Positions 8,911 to 17,809 of a stretch of 64,000 bases of DNA are shown here, in pieces. The notes beneath the pieces are model-generated. The model was given only the letters and a program-made list of their open reading frames with translations, made no database searches and had not been told where the DNA came from. The position numbers and the translations under genes are program-made. The number at the start of each line of letters is the position of its first letter. Position 1 is the first letter of the stretch. Where the stretch lies: the NCBI RefSeq assembly GCF_029227855.1, contig NZ_CP074356.1; one strand, written 5' to 3'. This DNA comes from Escherichia coli (lineage in GTDB: Bacteria > Pseudomonadota > Gammaproteobacteria > Enterobacterales > Enterobacteriaceae).

Positions 8911-10025
8911 CAGATCACCTCCAGGTCGGCATCCAGCGCGCCCGCCTCATGCAGCGCCTGCAAAATCGACATAATGTCATCCGGCGTCGCGCCTAAACTG
9001 TTCAGCGCATTGACCAGCGTTTTCAGGCTGCTCGACTCCGGCAAACTCACCACGCCCGGACGGGCATGATTCACCGCGATATTGCTCTGCGGCGTTACCG
9101 CCGTGCGCCCGCCCGCAAACGCATTCGGCTGGCTGACGTTGCTGGTTTCGTTAATCGAGACGGTCAAACTGCCGTGCGACACCGCCGCCGCGTGCAGCGC
9201 GACGCCATCGCCCATCACCACCGTGCCGGTACGCGAGTTAAACACCACGCGGGCGTGGATTTTCTCCGCCTGCACCTGTACGTCATCCAGTTGCGACATA
9301 AACGCCACCCGCGCGCCGGGGCTGGTCGGCGCACGCACAGTAACGTTGGTGGAACTCTGCGCCGTGGCAATGCCGCCAAACGAGGCGTTGATCGCCGCCG
9401 CAATGTTGTTGGCGTCTTTAAACGACGGGCGTTTCAGGTTGAGGGTGATGGTATCGCCCATCTGAAAATCGCTGGGGATCTCGCGCTCCACCGTTGCGCC
9501 GTTAGGAATTAACCCGGCGGTTGGTGTATTAACCGTTACGCTCGAGCCGCTTGCCCCGGTGGCATTCATCCCACCCACCACCACGCTGCCCTGCGCCAGG
9601 GCATATACTTCGCCATCCGCGCCGTGCAACTGCGTAAGCAATAAAGTGCCGCCGCGAATACTTTTGGCATCTCCAATCGACGAAACGGTGACATCAATAG
9701 TCTGCCCGCGCGAGTACATCGGCGGCAATGTGGCGCTCACCGCCACTGCGGCGACGTTTTTCACCTTCGGGTCGATTTTATTCGGCAACTGCACGCCAAA
9801 CTGGCGCAGCATATTGGTGATGGTCTGGTTGGTGAATTTGACCTGGTTTTTATCACCGGTACCGTCGAGGCCGACCACCAGGCTGTAGCCGACCAGTTGG
9901 TTTTCACGCACGCCCTGTACGTTAACCAGCGACTCCAGCGATTGCGCCAGCGCCACGCCGGGCAGCGTCAGACTTACGGCGATCGCTGCGGCCTTTATCC
10001 AGTTTTGCATTGCACTCTCCGGCAT
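8910..10025 (-). CDS. lfgI: flagellar P-ring protein FlgI (Flag-2 LfgI)
   Basis: ORF track, 371 aa with signal peptide; FlgI family by eye; start/stop overlaps with neighbours. Confidence 0.9.
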   Translation of the reverse strand: MPESAMQNWIKAAAIAVSLTLPGVALAQSLESLVNVQGVRENQLVGYSLVVGLDGTGDKNQVKFTNQTITNMLRQFGVQLPNKIDPKVKNVAAVAVSATLPPMYSRGQTIDVTVSSIGDAKSIRGGTLLLTQLHGADGEVYALAQGSVVVGGMNATGASGSSVTVNTPTAGLIPNGATVEREIPSDFQMGDTITLNLKRPSFKDANNIAAAINASFGGIATAQSSTNVTVRAPTSPGARVAFMSQLDDVQVQAEKIHARVVFNSRTGTVVMGDGVALHAAAVSHGSLTVSINETSNVSQPNAFAGGRTAVTPQSNIAVNHARPGVVSLPESSSLKTLVNALNSLGATPDDIMSILQALHEAGALDADLEVI

Positions 10026-10690
10026 TAAATCGGGAACAGAGGATGGTTAAACAACCGCGTCAGCCAGCCTGCGGCGTTGGCGTCGCTTAACGCGCCGCGT
10101 CCGGCATAGGAGATGCGGGCGTCGGCGATCCGCTGGGAGGAAACCGAGTTATCGTTCTGGATATCATCGGCGCGCACAAGGCCGCTTAAACGGATGTACT
10201 CATCGCCCTGGTTGAGGGTGAGCCATTTTTCGCCGCGAATTTCCAGGATGCCGTTGGGCTGCACCGCATGGACGGAAACAGTGATCTCCCCGCGCAGGCT
10301 GTTCTGCTGCTGGGAAGTGGCGCTGCCGTCAAAGTCGCGGTTCGCGTCGATGGAGCCGGAAAGCTTATCTTTGGTGTGACCAAAAATCGTCGGCGCGCCG
10401 ATGTTGACGGTGTTGTTTTTGCCGAAGTTGGTTTTCGCCTGTTTGCTCGACTGGGTGGATTCTTCGAGGATCACCGTCAGGATATCGCCCACGCGGTAAG
10501 CTCGCCGGTCGGCGGTGAGCGACCAGTTGTAGCCGGTTTCAAACACGCCCCCGGCACGCCCGTCTGCCGGAGGCGGCTCTTCGGTTTTCGGTGGCGCAAA
10601 GTATGCGTCGTCTTTTTTGACCAGAATGGCCTGCGATTCACACCCGCTAAGCAGGGGAAACAGCGCCACCAGCCAGAGATAATTTTTCAC
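10025..10690 (-). CDS. lfgH: flagellar L-ring lipoprotein FlgH (Flag-2 LfgH)
   Basis: ORF track, 221 aa; lipobox LLSGC; FlgH family. Confidence 0.9.
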   Translation of the reverse strand: MKNYLWLVALFPLLSGCESQAILVKKDDAYFAPPKTEEPPPADGRAGGVFETGYNWSLTADRRAYRVGDILTVILEESTQSSKQAKTNFGKNNTVNIGAPTIFGHTKDKLSGSIDANRDFDGSATSQQQNSLRGEITVSVHAVQPNGILEIRGEKWLTLNQGDEYIRLSGLVRADDIQNDNSVSSQRIADARISYAGRGALSDANAAGWLTRLFNHPLFPI

Positions 10691-10731
10691 GTTCTGCCTG
10701 TTTTAAATACAGTGAGTTATGCGCTTTTGTA

Positions 10732-10763
10732 GGTCGGATAAGACGCGTCAGCGTCGCATCCGA
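10732..10763. repeat. REP-like palindromic element in the flgG-flgH intergenic space
   Basis: ggtcggataagacgcgtcagcgtcgcatccgac; reverse complement resembles the REP consensus. Confidence 0.5.
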
Positions 10764-10772
10764 CATTTCGCC

Positions 10773-11558
10773 TTACAGCGTCTGGCTGATGTACTGCAAC
10801 ATATCGTCCGCCGCCGACACCATTTTGGCGTTCATCTCGTACGCGCGTTGCACCGTAATCATCGCCACCATTTCGTTGACGATATCCACGTTCGATCCTT
10901 CCAGCGCGTTGTCCTGCAAGGTGCCAAGCCCATCTTCACCCGGCACCCCTTCGGTCGGCTGGCCGCTGGCGGCGGTTTCCAGATAGAGGTTGTCACCCTC
11001 GGCAGAAAGCCCCGCCGGGTTAGCGAAGTTAACCAGCGTCAGTTGCCCTAACTCGGTCACGTCGCTGTCGCCAGGTAAGATCGCCGTCACCGTGCCGTCC
11101 TCACCAAAAGCAACATTAGTCGCCCCCGCCGGAACGTCGATTTCCGGCTGTAACGGCAAGCCTTGCGAGTTGGTCAGCACGCCGTCGGCGTTCACCTGCA
11201 AGTTGCCGTCGCGGGTATAGGCGATATCGCCGTTGGCCTTTTGCACCTGCAAAAACCCCTGCCCCATAATGGCGACATTCATCGCGTTGTCGGTGGTTTC
11301 AACGTTGCCTTCGGTGAAGGTTTTCTGAGTGCCGACAATGCGCACGCCGCTACCGAATTGCAGCCCGGTCGGCATGATGTTGTTCTGGTCGAGCATCGCG
11401 CCCGGCGCTTCCTGGGTCTGGTAGAACAGATCCTGAAACATCACCCGGTCGCGCTTGAAGCCGGTGGTGTTAACGTTGGCGATGTTGTTGGCAATCGCGC
11501 TCATTTCAGCATCCTGCGCCGAGAGGCCGGTTTTGCTGATCCATAATGCTGCGTTCAT
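10773..11558 (-). CDS. lfgG: distal rod protein FlgG (Flag-2 LfgG)
   Basis: ORF track, 261 aa; MNAALWISKTGLSAQDAEMSAIANNIANVNTTGFK... typical FlgG. Confidence 0.9.
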   Translation of the reverse strand: MNAALWISKTGLSAQDAEMSAIANNIANVNTTGFKRDRVMFQDLFYQTQEAPGAMLDQNNIMPTGLQFGSGVRIVGTQKTFTEGNVETTDNAMNVAIMGQGFLQVQKANGDIAYTRDGNLQVNADGVLTNSQGLPLQPEIDVPAGATNVAFGEDGTVTAILPGDSDVTELGQLTLVNFANPAGLSAEGDNLYLETAASGQPTEGVPGEDGLGTLQDNALEGSNVDIVNEMVAMITVQRAYEMNAKMVSAADDMLQYISQTL

Positions 11559-11584
11559 GGTGGTTTATTCCCTGGTGTCTGTTA

Positions 11585-12322
11585 TCACGAGCCGCGCAAT
11601 AAGCGGTTGCCCGCGTCGCTGATATCTTCGGCGGTTTTCATCATCTTGATCTGCGCCTCAAACTGGCGGTTCATGGCGATGGACGACATCATTTCGCTCA
11701 CCGCCGAGACGTTGCTGCCTTCGAGAAAACCGCCACTGACTTTGATATTTTCATCGCGCTGGGCCGGAACGCCGTCGGCAGTTATCAGCATCCCTTCAGG
11801 ATTTTTCGCCAGGTTAGCAACCGGAATATCCACCAGCTTCAGGCGGTCGATATCCATCGTCGCGGTCACGTCGCCGTCATCGGGCGTCACCGACAGCGTG
11901 CCGTCGCTGCCAAACGAGGCGATGGCGTTCGGCGGCAGAATGATCGGCCCGTTATCCCCCAGCACCAGATTGCCGTCGATGGTCAGTTGCCCCTGGTCAT
12001 CCTGCTGAATGTTGCCGTTGCGGGTGTAGACTTCGTTGCCGTTTTTATCCTGCACCGCAATGTAACCCGCGCCCTGAATCGCCACGTCCAGCGGGCGTTC
12101 GGTTTTCTCCGCAACACCGGTGCTGTCGTTCACGCCGCTGGCCCCTTCCTGCGCCATATAGCGCGTGTCGAAGCCGCCGCCTTTCACCTTGTCGTTGGTC
12201 GCCATCGCCATATCGGCACGAAAACCATTGGTGTTGACGTTCGCCAGGTTATTGGCGCTAATTTGCTGCTCGTACAGAGTCTGAGAAGCCCCACTCAGGG
12301 CGGTATAAATCAGGCGATCCAT
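11585..12322 (-). CDS. lfgF: proximal rod protein FlgF (Flag-2 LfgF)
   Basis: ORF track, 245 aa; rod-protein N-terminal motif. Confidence 0.85.
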   Translation of the reverse strand: MDRLIYTALSGASQTLYEQQISANNLANVNTNGFRADMAMATNDKVKGGGFDTRYMAQEGASGVNDSTGVAEKTERPLDVAIQGAGYIAVQDKNGNEVYTRNGNIQQDDQGQLTIDGNLVLGDNGPIILPPNAIASFGSDGTLSVTPDDGDVTATMDIDRLKLVDIPVANLAKNPEGMLITADGVPAQRDENIKVSGGFLEGSNVSAVSEMMSSIAMNRQFEAQIKMMKTAEDISDAGNRLLRGS

Positions 12323-13524
12323 TACATTGCCTGGAACAGCGCGTCATCGAGCTGCGTGCTGGTAGCGATAACTTTGGTGTTGGCCTGATAGTTACGCTGG
12401 GCGGTCATCAGGTTGACCAGTTCGCTGGTGATATCGACGTTAGAGCTTTCGAGCACGCCGGACGACAGCGTGCCGCAGGTGCCGGAGCCGGGAACGCCAA
12501 TCAGCGGGGTGCCGGACTCGCCCGTTTGTACCCACGCGGTGCCGCTCACTGCCTCCAGGCCGTTTTCATTCGGGAAAGTCGCCAGCACCACCTGCCCCTG
12601 CAACATGCGCTCGCCGTTGCTGTAGGTGGCGTAAACTTTGCCATCGTCATCAACCTGCACACCGTTTTGCGTTGCGGAGGCGTAGCCGTTGGCAGCGTTG
12701 GTGGTGACCGAGAAGTCCGAGCCGTATTGCGTACAAGTGGTGTAATCGACGGTTAAGTCGATGGGTGCGGCGGCGTCGGTCTGAAACTCAATGGTCTGTG
12801 GCGTGGTTGGCGAGGTCAGCTTCCCGGTATTCGGGTCGAAAGTTAAGGTCGTCGCCGGAACGCCAGTCTGCTGCTGACCGTCGAAGGTGTACTGCACTTC
12901 CCAGGTGTTTTCGCTGGTTTTGGTGAAATACTGGCATACCGAGTGTTCGTTACCTAATGAGTCATACACCGTGGTGGTGTAGCTGTCGGTGTACGAGCTG
13001 CTGTTGGTGGCGTCGAACGGTACGGTTGTACGGTCGATAGCTTCATCGCTGGCGTTGAAGTTAGCGGTAAAGGTCAGGCTGCTGCTGGCCTGCGCCGGGA
13101 TATTGCCGGTTTTGATCTGGATATCGGTGACCGTACCGGTTTGCAAAGTGCCGCTGTCATCGACCGGATACCCCTGCAAATAAGCGCCCGAGGCGTTGAC
13201 GATATAGCCGTTTTTGTCGGTTTCAAACGATCCGGCGCGGGTATAAGAAATGTTGCCCGCGCTGTCGCAGGTAACAAAAAAGCCATCGTTGTTAATCGCT
13301 AAATCGAGCGCGTTACCGGTGGAGACCAGCGAACCGCCACGCGAAATGCTCTGCGCGGTGCCTGCCACGCTGACGCCCATCGCCTGACTTCCGGCATACA
13401 TGGCGGAAAACTGGGTGGTCATCGACTTATAGCCCACCGTTCCGGCGTTGGCGATGTTGTTACTGATCCCGTCCAGCTGTTCGTTAACGGCATTCAGCCC
13501 CGTTGCGGCAATTTCATAACTCAT
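12322..13524 (-). CDS. lfgE: hook protein FlgE (Flag-2 LfgE)
   Basis: ORF track, 400 aa; axial N/C termini; position between flgD and flgF. Confidence 0.85.
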   Translation of the reverse strand: MSYEIAATGLNAVNEQLDGISNNIANAGTVGYKSMTTQFSAMYAGSQAMGVSVAGTAQSISRGGSLVSTGNALDLAINNDGFFVTCDSAGNISYTRAGSFETDKNGYIVNASGAYLQGYPVDDSGTLQTGTVTDIQIKTGNIPAQASSSLTFTANFNASDEAIDRTTVPFDATNSSSYTDSYTTTVYDSLGNEHSVCQYFTKTSENTWEVQYTFDGQQQTGVPATTLTFDPNTGKLTSPTTPQTIEFQTDAAAPIDLTVDYTTCTQYGSDFSVTTNAANGYASATQNGVQVDDDGKVYATYSNGERMLQGQVVLATFPNENGLEAVSGTAWVQTGESGTPLIGVPGSGTCGTLSSGVLESSNVDITSELVNLMTAQRNYQANTKVIATSTQLDDALFQAM

Positions 13525-13547
13525 TGTTTCGTCCTGTTAATTGATTC

Positions 13548-14261
13548 TTACGCCACATCACTGTCGGCATCGGGTACGCCAAACTGGCTAATCATGGTGA
13601 ACGGCACTTCGCCCACGCCTGCAACATTGAGCACCGGAGAGCTGCCGTCGAGCGGGATGCGTACATCTTCCACTTCGCCGGAAACTTCAATCGGCACCTC
13701 TTCTTCCCCGGTGTTGGTCACCACCGAGACGTCGTAATCACCCGGCGGGATACCGTAATCCGCCGGATTAATCGAGAAATCCACCTGGCCTGGCCCGACG
13801 GACGAACTGCCTTCCGGGATCAGCGACACCGTATAGTCATCGCCTGCGGCATCGGTAAAGTGGAGATCGGCGGTGGTACAGGCGTCGTCAAGCGTGGCGC
13901 GACCATTAATGGTCTGGTCGCTCACCTGCAAGGCGGTGGTCTGCACCATAATGTCGTCACCCACCAGGTTGCCGAGCGCCATTACCTGAATGTTGCTCAT
14001 CAGCACCGCGTTGGTGTTGGCCTGCACGCTCATCTCTTCCATCATCGCCACCTGCGCCATCGACGAAAGCTGGTCGATGTATTCGGTGGCGTCAGTCGGG
14101 TCGGTCGGGTCCTGGTTTTGGATCTCGGCGACAAACAGCGTCAGGAAGGTATCGACGGGCGAGCTATCGCTGCTGCTTGTCGTGTCGCTGGCCGCCACGT
14201 TGTTGCTTTCCGCCGTGGCGGTCGGCTGCGGCGATTGCGCATTCAGCGCCAGGGTATTCAT
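13548..14261 (-). CDS. lfgD: hook capping/assembly protein FlgD (Flag-2 LfgD)
   Basis: ORF track, 237 aa; FlgD-like N-terminus (…FLTLFVAEIQNQDPTDP…). Confidence 0.8.
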   Translation of the reverse strand: MNTLALNAQSPQPTATAESNNVAASDTTSSSDSSPVDTFLTLFVAEIQNQDPTDPTDATEYIDQLSSMAQVAMMEEMSVQANTNAVLMSNIQVMALGNLVGDDIMVQTTALQVSDQTINGRATLDDACTTADLHFTDAAGDDYTVSLIPEGSSSVGPGQVDFSINPADYGIPPGDYDVSVVTNTGEEEVPIEVSGEVEDVRIPLDGSSPVLNVAGVGEVPFTMISQFGVPDADSDVA

Positions 14262-14692
14262 CAGGCTTCTCCCAGTTTCAGCAGGCTTTGCTGCATACTT
14301 TTCACGTTGTTGAGCACATCGACGTTGGTTTCAAAATCGCGCGAGGCCGACATCATGTCCGCCATCTGTTCCACCACGTTGACGTCGGGATACCAGACAT
14401 CTCCGTTAGCATCCGCCAGCGGCGAATGCGGTTCATAGCGTTTCACCGCCCCGCCGGTTTGCAGCACGTCCTGCACCTGCACGCTGGCACCGTCAATGGC
14501 ATGGCGATGTGTACCCGCCAGCAAGCTGTGGTGATACACCGCCGCAAACACCGGGCTGCGCGCTTTATACGCCTGCGCCTCGCTGCTGGCGGGTGCATTG
14601 GCATTCGCCAGGTTACTGGCAACGGTATTCAGACGTAGCGTTTGCGCTGTCATCGCCGAACCGGAAATCTGATAGATATCAGTAAATGACAT
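14261..14692 (-). CDS. lfgC: rod protein FlgC (Flag-2 LfgC), apparently intact
   Basis: ORF track, 143 aa, MSFTDIYQISGSAMTAQTLRLNTVASNLANA...; no frameshift visible. Confidence 0.9.
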   Translation of the reverse strand: MSFTDIYQISGSAMTAQTLRLNTVASNLANANAPASSEAQAYKARSPVFAAVYHHSLLAGTHRHAIDGASVQVQDVLQTGGAVKRYEPHSPLADANGDVWYPDVNVVEQMADMMSASRDFETNVDVLNNVKSMQQSLLKLGEA

Positions 14693-14694
14693 GC

Positions 14695-15030
14695 TTATTT
14701 CCCTTCAATGGCCTCTCTGATGCCGCTGATTTGCAGATTCAGGAAGGTCAGACTGCTTTGATAATCCATACTATTTTGTGAAAACCGCGCCTGTTCGCTG
14801 TTCAGCTCCACGGTGTTGCCATCTTCCGACGGCTGCATCGGCACGCGGTACTGGACATCCACCGCCGCGTTATTTGCCCGTTGCATCTCCCTGGCAAAAT
14901 CAATATCTTTAGCCTTGAAATTTGGCGTATCGACGTTCGCCAGATTCGCAGTCAGTAGCTCGGTCCTCTCAAGACGTAACTTCACTGCCTGCGGATGTAC
15001 TCCCAATGCCTGTTGAAAACTGATCCCCAT
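14695..15030 (-). CDS. lfgB: rod protein FlgB (Flag-2 LfgB)
   Basis: ORF track; start moved to the internal ATG at 15030 (MGISFQQALG...) because the predicted sigma54 promoter would place the transcription start near the first ATG at 15060. Confidence 0.8.
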   Translation of the reverse strand: MGISFQQALGVHPQAVKLRLERTELLTANLANVDTPNFKAKDIDFAREMQRANNAAVDVQYRVPMQPSEDGNTVELNSEQARFSQNSMDYQSSLTFLNLQISGIREAIEGK

Positions 15031-15066
15031 TTCCTGCGTCACTCCTGCTTCAATCCGCATACGCTA

Positions 15067-15082
15067 GGCAATTACCGTGCCA
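15067..15082 (-). promoter_or_regulatory. candidate sigma54 (-24/-12) promoter for the flgB operon
   Basis: Minus-strand sequence TGGCACGGTAATTGCC matches TGGCACG-N4-TTGC; in the short divergent flgB/flgA intergenic region. Confidence 0.55.
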
Positions 15083-15111
15083 TTTTTTAAGTGACTGATG
15101 AGAAAGGGTTT

Positions 15112-15849
15112 ATGAGTTTTCAATTTTGCAGGCGGAAGTTTTATTTCCTCCTGGCGCTGGCCTTACCGGGCTACGCCGCCGTCTACCCCGTGCAACACAG
15201 CGCGCGGGAACAAGTCAACGCCCAGGTGCTGAATGCCGCGAGCCAGCAGATTGAATCGCTGGCGCAGCAGCGGCAGTGGCATGACTATCGCTACACCTTT
15301 AAGGTCTACATTCCCTCGCAGATTGCGACCGCTGCGCCCTGTGCTGCGGCACCCGGCGTCACGCTGACGTCGCCTGTGGACATCGCCCTCAACCGCATGA
15401 ACTTCACCGTCAGTTGCCCGCAAAGCTGGCAGATGAACGTGGCGGTGCGCCCGGATGTGCTGGTGCCGGTGGTGATGACAAAGTCACTGGTTGCCCGCGA
15501 TACGCCGCTCACGGCGAATGATGTGGAGCTGAAGCCCTACAACGTCAGCGCCCAGCGTCGCGATGTGTTGATGGAGCTTGATGACGCAATTGGTTTAAGC
15601 AGTAAGCACGCGCTGCAGCCGGGCAGGCCAATCACCAAAGAAGAGCTGGTCTCTCCGGTACTGATCGAGCGCGATCAGCCGGTGATGATTGTTTACCAGA
15701 ACGCGGGGATCACCGCCTCGATGCCCGGCGTGGCGCTGAAAAATGGCCGCAAAGGCGAGATGGTGAAAGTACGTAACGCAAGCAGCCAGCGGGTCATCAG
15801 CGCGATGGTGGCGGAAAGCGGCGTGGTGACAACGGTAAGCGCGGAGTAA
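15112..15849 (+). CDS. lfgA: P-ring assembly chaperone FlgA (Flag-2 LfgA)
   Basis: ORF track; start set at the ATG at 15112 (MSFQFCRRKFYFLLALALPGYAA, signal-like); divergent from flgB. Confidence 0.7.
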   Translation: MSFQFCRRKFYFLLALALPGYAAVYPVQHSAREQVNAQVLNAASQQIESLAQQRQWHDYRYTFKVYIPSQIATAAPCAAAPGVTLTSPVDIALNRMNFTVSCPQSWQMNVAVRPDVLVPVVMTKSLVARDTPLTANDVELKPYNVSAQRRDVLMELDDAIGLSSKHALQPGRPITKEELVSPVLIERDQPVMIVYQNAGITASMPGVALKNGRKGEMVKVRNASSQRVISAMVAESGVVTTVSAE

Positions 15850-15929
15850 TTTGCGCAGGCGATTAAAGTTTTGCCGCCTGTTAACCGCTTTACCGGAGTA
15901 ACACACCTTCAAACAGAGACGAGGTTGCG

Positions 15930-16205
15930 ATGAAAATCACCCCGACTATGCCAGGCAATCGCCCGACAGCCACAACGGCAGGCTCCAGCCAGCCGAGCAA
16001 AACTACGGCGACCACCACGACGCTGAGCGCCGACGACATTACCCAGGCGGGATTGCAGTCTGCCCAGCAAACGCTGAACGACCAGCAAGAGAGCGATATC
16101 GACAGCGATAAAGTGGCGCAAATGCAGGCGATGCTGGCCTCCGGCAGCCTGCAAGTGGACACCGAACAGTTAGCCAGCGACATGCTGAGTTTTTTCCAGA
16201 ACTAA
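15930..16205 (+). CDS. lfgM: anti-sigma-28 factor FlgM (Flag-2 LfgM)
   Basis: ORF track, 91 aa, Thr/Ser-rich N-terminus and FlgM-like C-terminus; between flgA and flgN. Confidence 0.75.
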   Translation: MKITPTMPGNRPTATTAGSSQPSKTTATTTTLSADDITQAGLQSAQQTLNDQQESDIDSDKVAQMQAMLASGSLQVDTEQLASDMLSFFQN

Positions 16206-16217
16206 GAGGCCGATGAA

Positions 16218-16646
16218 GTGAGTATCCGGTTACAACAGGTGAAGGCGTTGTTGCAGGGAATTCGTGACGATGACGCGCTGTATGATTCCCTGCGCGAACT
16301 TCTCCAGCGTCAGCGGATCTGCATGATTCGCCGCGCCAGCGAAGAGCTGCTGGCGGTAAACGAGGAGATAACCCATCACTATGAGCAGTTGCATGGGCAT
16401 AGCCATCAGCGGCACAGCCTGCTGAAAATGCTTAATGTCAGTGTAAATCGTGACGGTCTGGCGCAGGTTTTTGCCTGGCTTCCGGCGGTACAAAAAGCGG
16501 CAGCACAACAGTTGTGGCAACGCCTTGAGCAAAAAGCGGAACGCTGCAAAGCCTACAACGACAAAAACGGCGAGCTGTTGATTCGCCAGTATGAATTTAT
16601 TCAGTCTTTTTTAGGTAGCGAAGCTGATTTTCTCTATCAGGAATAA
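16218..16646 (+). CDS. lfgN: FlgN-like export chaperone (Flag-2 LfgN)
   Basis: ORF track, 142 aa; GTG start 9 nt after an AAGAGG Shine-Dalgarno; helical, positioned after flgM. Confidence 0.7.
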   Translation: MSIRLQQVKALLQGIRDDDALYDSLRELLQRQRICMIRRASEELLAVNEEITHHYEQLHGHSHQRHSLLKMLNVSVNRDGLAQVFAWLPAVQKAAAQQLWQRLEQKAERCKAYNDKNGELLIRQYEFIQSFLGSEADFLYQE

Positions 16647-16773
16647 CGCGAATACCTTCCCCCATCGCGGAAATGGATTTTCCGCCTGATTCACAATCCT
16701 TTGTTTTTGATTATAAAAATTCCCGGCACGCTTATTGCACATTCCGCAAAGTAATAAAGACTGGAAGCCACCT

Positions 16774-17703
16774 ATGAGTTTTATTGAATGTTACGAACCG
16801 GAATACGTGCGCAATTTTATGACGCAATATCCCGATTCGCCTTTGTACATCCGCAAGGTGTGGAAAAACGAGATTCGCCAGAGCCTGATGCTGACAGAGC
16901 CAGAAAGCTGCGAAGCGGTGCTCAACGATGCCAGGGCCTTTGATTTACAGCTCACCTACCGCCCGGCGGAAGATAATGCCGCAGAACTCTCCGCGCGCGA
17001 TGCGATAGTAAACCAGGTCATTTTGAGCACCCTTACGCTCCCCGATTTACCCCCGGAGCTTTCACTGTACGCCGTCGGGATTTTGCTCTCCCGCGCCAGC
17101 AAAATGCCGGGCAGAGACGGAGATATTCTTGCCCGCTTGACGACGCTGCCACAGGCGCTGGCCGCTCATGCACAAAAAGGCACGCTACAGGCACAGTTCG
17201 CCCAGTTGCCGCCTGTACCACAGCTGGCGCGCCAACTGGTGACGCTGCTCGGCAGTTGTGCGTTTGACTGGTCGATTCTGCCGGAAAGCCCGCGCAAAAC
17301 TTCCCTGCCGTTGCAGATGCCTTTGCTGGCGCTACATGACGCCAACAGCGAAGCCCTGTTGCAACAGCAGCTTCAGGCACAGTGGCAAACCACCTGGCAA
17401 CAGCATTTTGCCACCGCGCCCTGGATGATGTGTAACTGGCTGATTTACCGCGTTTACCATGAGGTGATTGGACAGGCAGACGGAGCAGATTATTGCCCGC
17501 TGGTGTGCGATTTTTATTTTATCCGCACGTTAATCAGTTTATGGACGCTGGATGGTTCTCCGCTGCGGAAGGAGGATATTTTCGCCCTTTTTGCGGTGTT
17601 TGAACGCTGGCGAGAGAGTGAAAATGCGCTGTTTATTCGCCAGCAAATTCAGTCGTTATGTGCCGCCGACCCGCTGCTTTCAGCGTTTTCGCTGCTGACG
17701 TGA
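16774..17703 (+). CDS. hypothetical protein, about 309 aa, in the flgA-flgM-flgN operon context
   Basis: ORF track (16735-17703); start placed at the ATG at 16774 (MSFIECYEPEY...) with a GGAAG Shine-Dalgarno; I recognise no family. Confidence 0.5.
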   Translation: MSFIECYEPEYVRNFMTQYPDSPLYIRKVWKNEIRQSLMLTEPESCEAVLNDARAFDLQLTYRPAEDNAAELSARDAIVNQVILSTLTLPDLPPELSLYAVGILLSRASKMPGRDGDILARLTTLPQALAAHAQKGTLQAQFAQLPPVPQLARQLVTLLGSCAFDWSILPESPRKTSLPLQMPLLALHDANSEALLQQQLQAQWQTTWQQHFATAPWMMCNWLIYRVYHEVIGQADGADYCPLVCDFYFIRTLISLWTLDGSPLRKEDIFALFAVFERWRESENALFIRQQIQSLCAADPLLSAFSLLT

Positions 17704-17717
17704 AGCCGCTCTCGATC

Positions 17718-17753
17718 GGTCCCCTCGCCCCTTCGGGGAGAGGGTGAGGGGCA
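17718..17753. repeat. GC-rich imperfect palindromic intergenic repeat, copy A
   Basis: ggtcccctcgccccttcggggagagggtgaggggca; its reverse complement aligns closely with the copy at 27433-27474. Confidence 0.6.
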
Positions 17754-17809
17754 AAGCACGCACAGCCCTCCTTACCCATCAAATTAACCCCTTAACTCAC
17801 CTAAACACC

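Noticed and set aside
15864-15890. Sigma-28 promoter upstream of flgM
   Set aside because: An exact TAAAGTTT -35-like octamer is present, but the sequence 11 nt downstream (AACCGCTT) does not match GCCGATAA; too weak to list as a feature.
17744-17809. Longer glycosyltransferase start at GTG 17744 given in the ORF track
   Set aside because: That start lies inside the GC-rich palindromic repeat and has no Shine-Dalgarno; the ATG at 17810 is preferred, though it is also not strongly supported.
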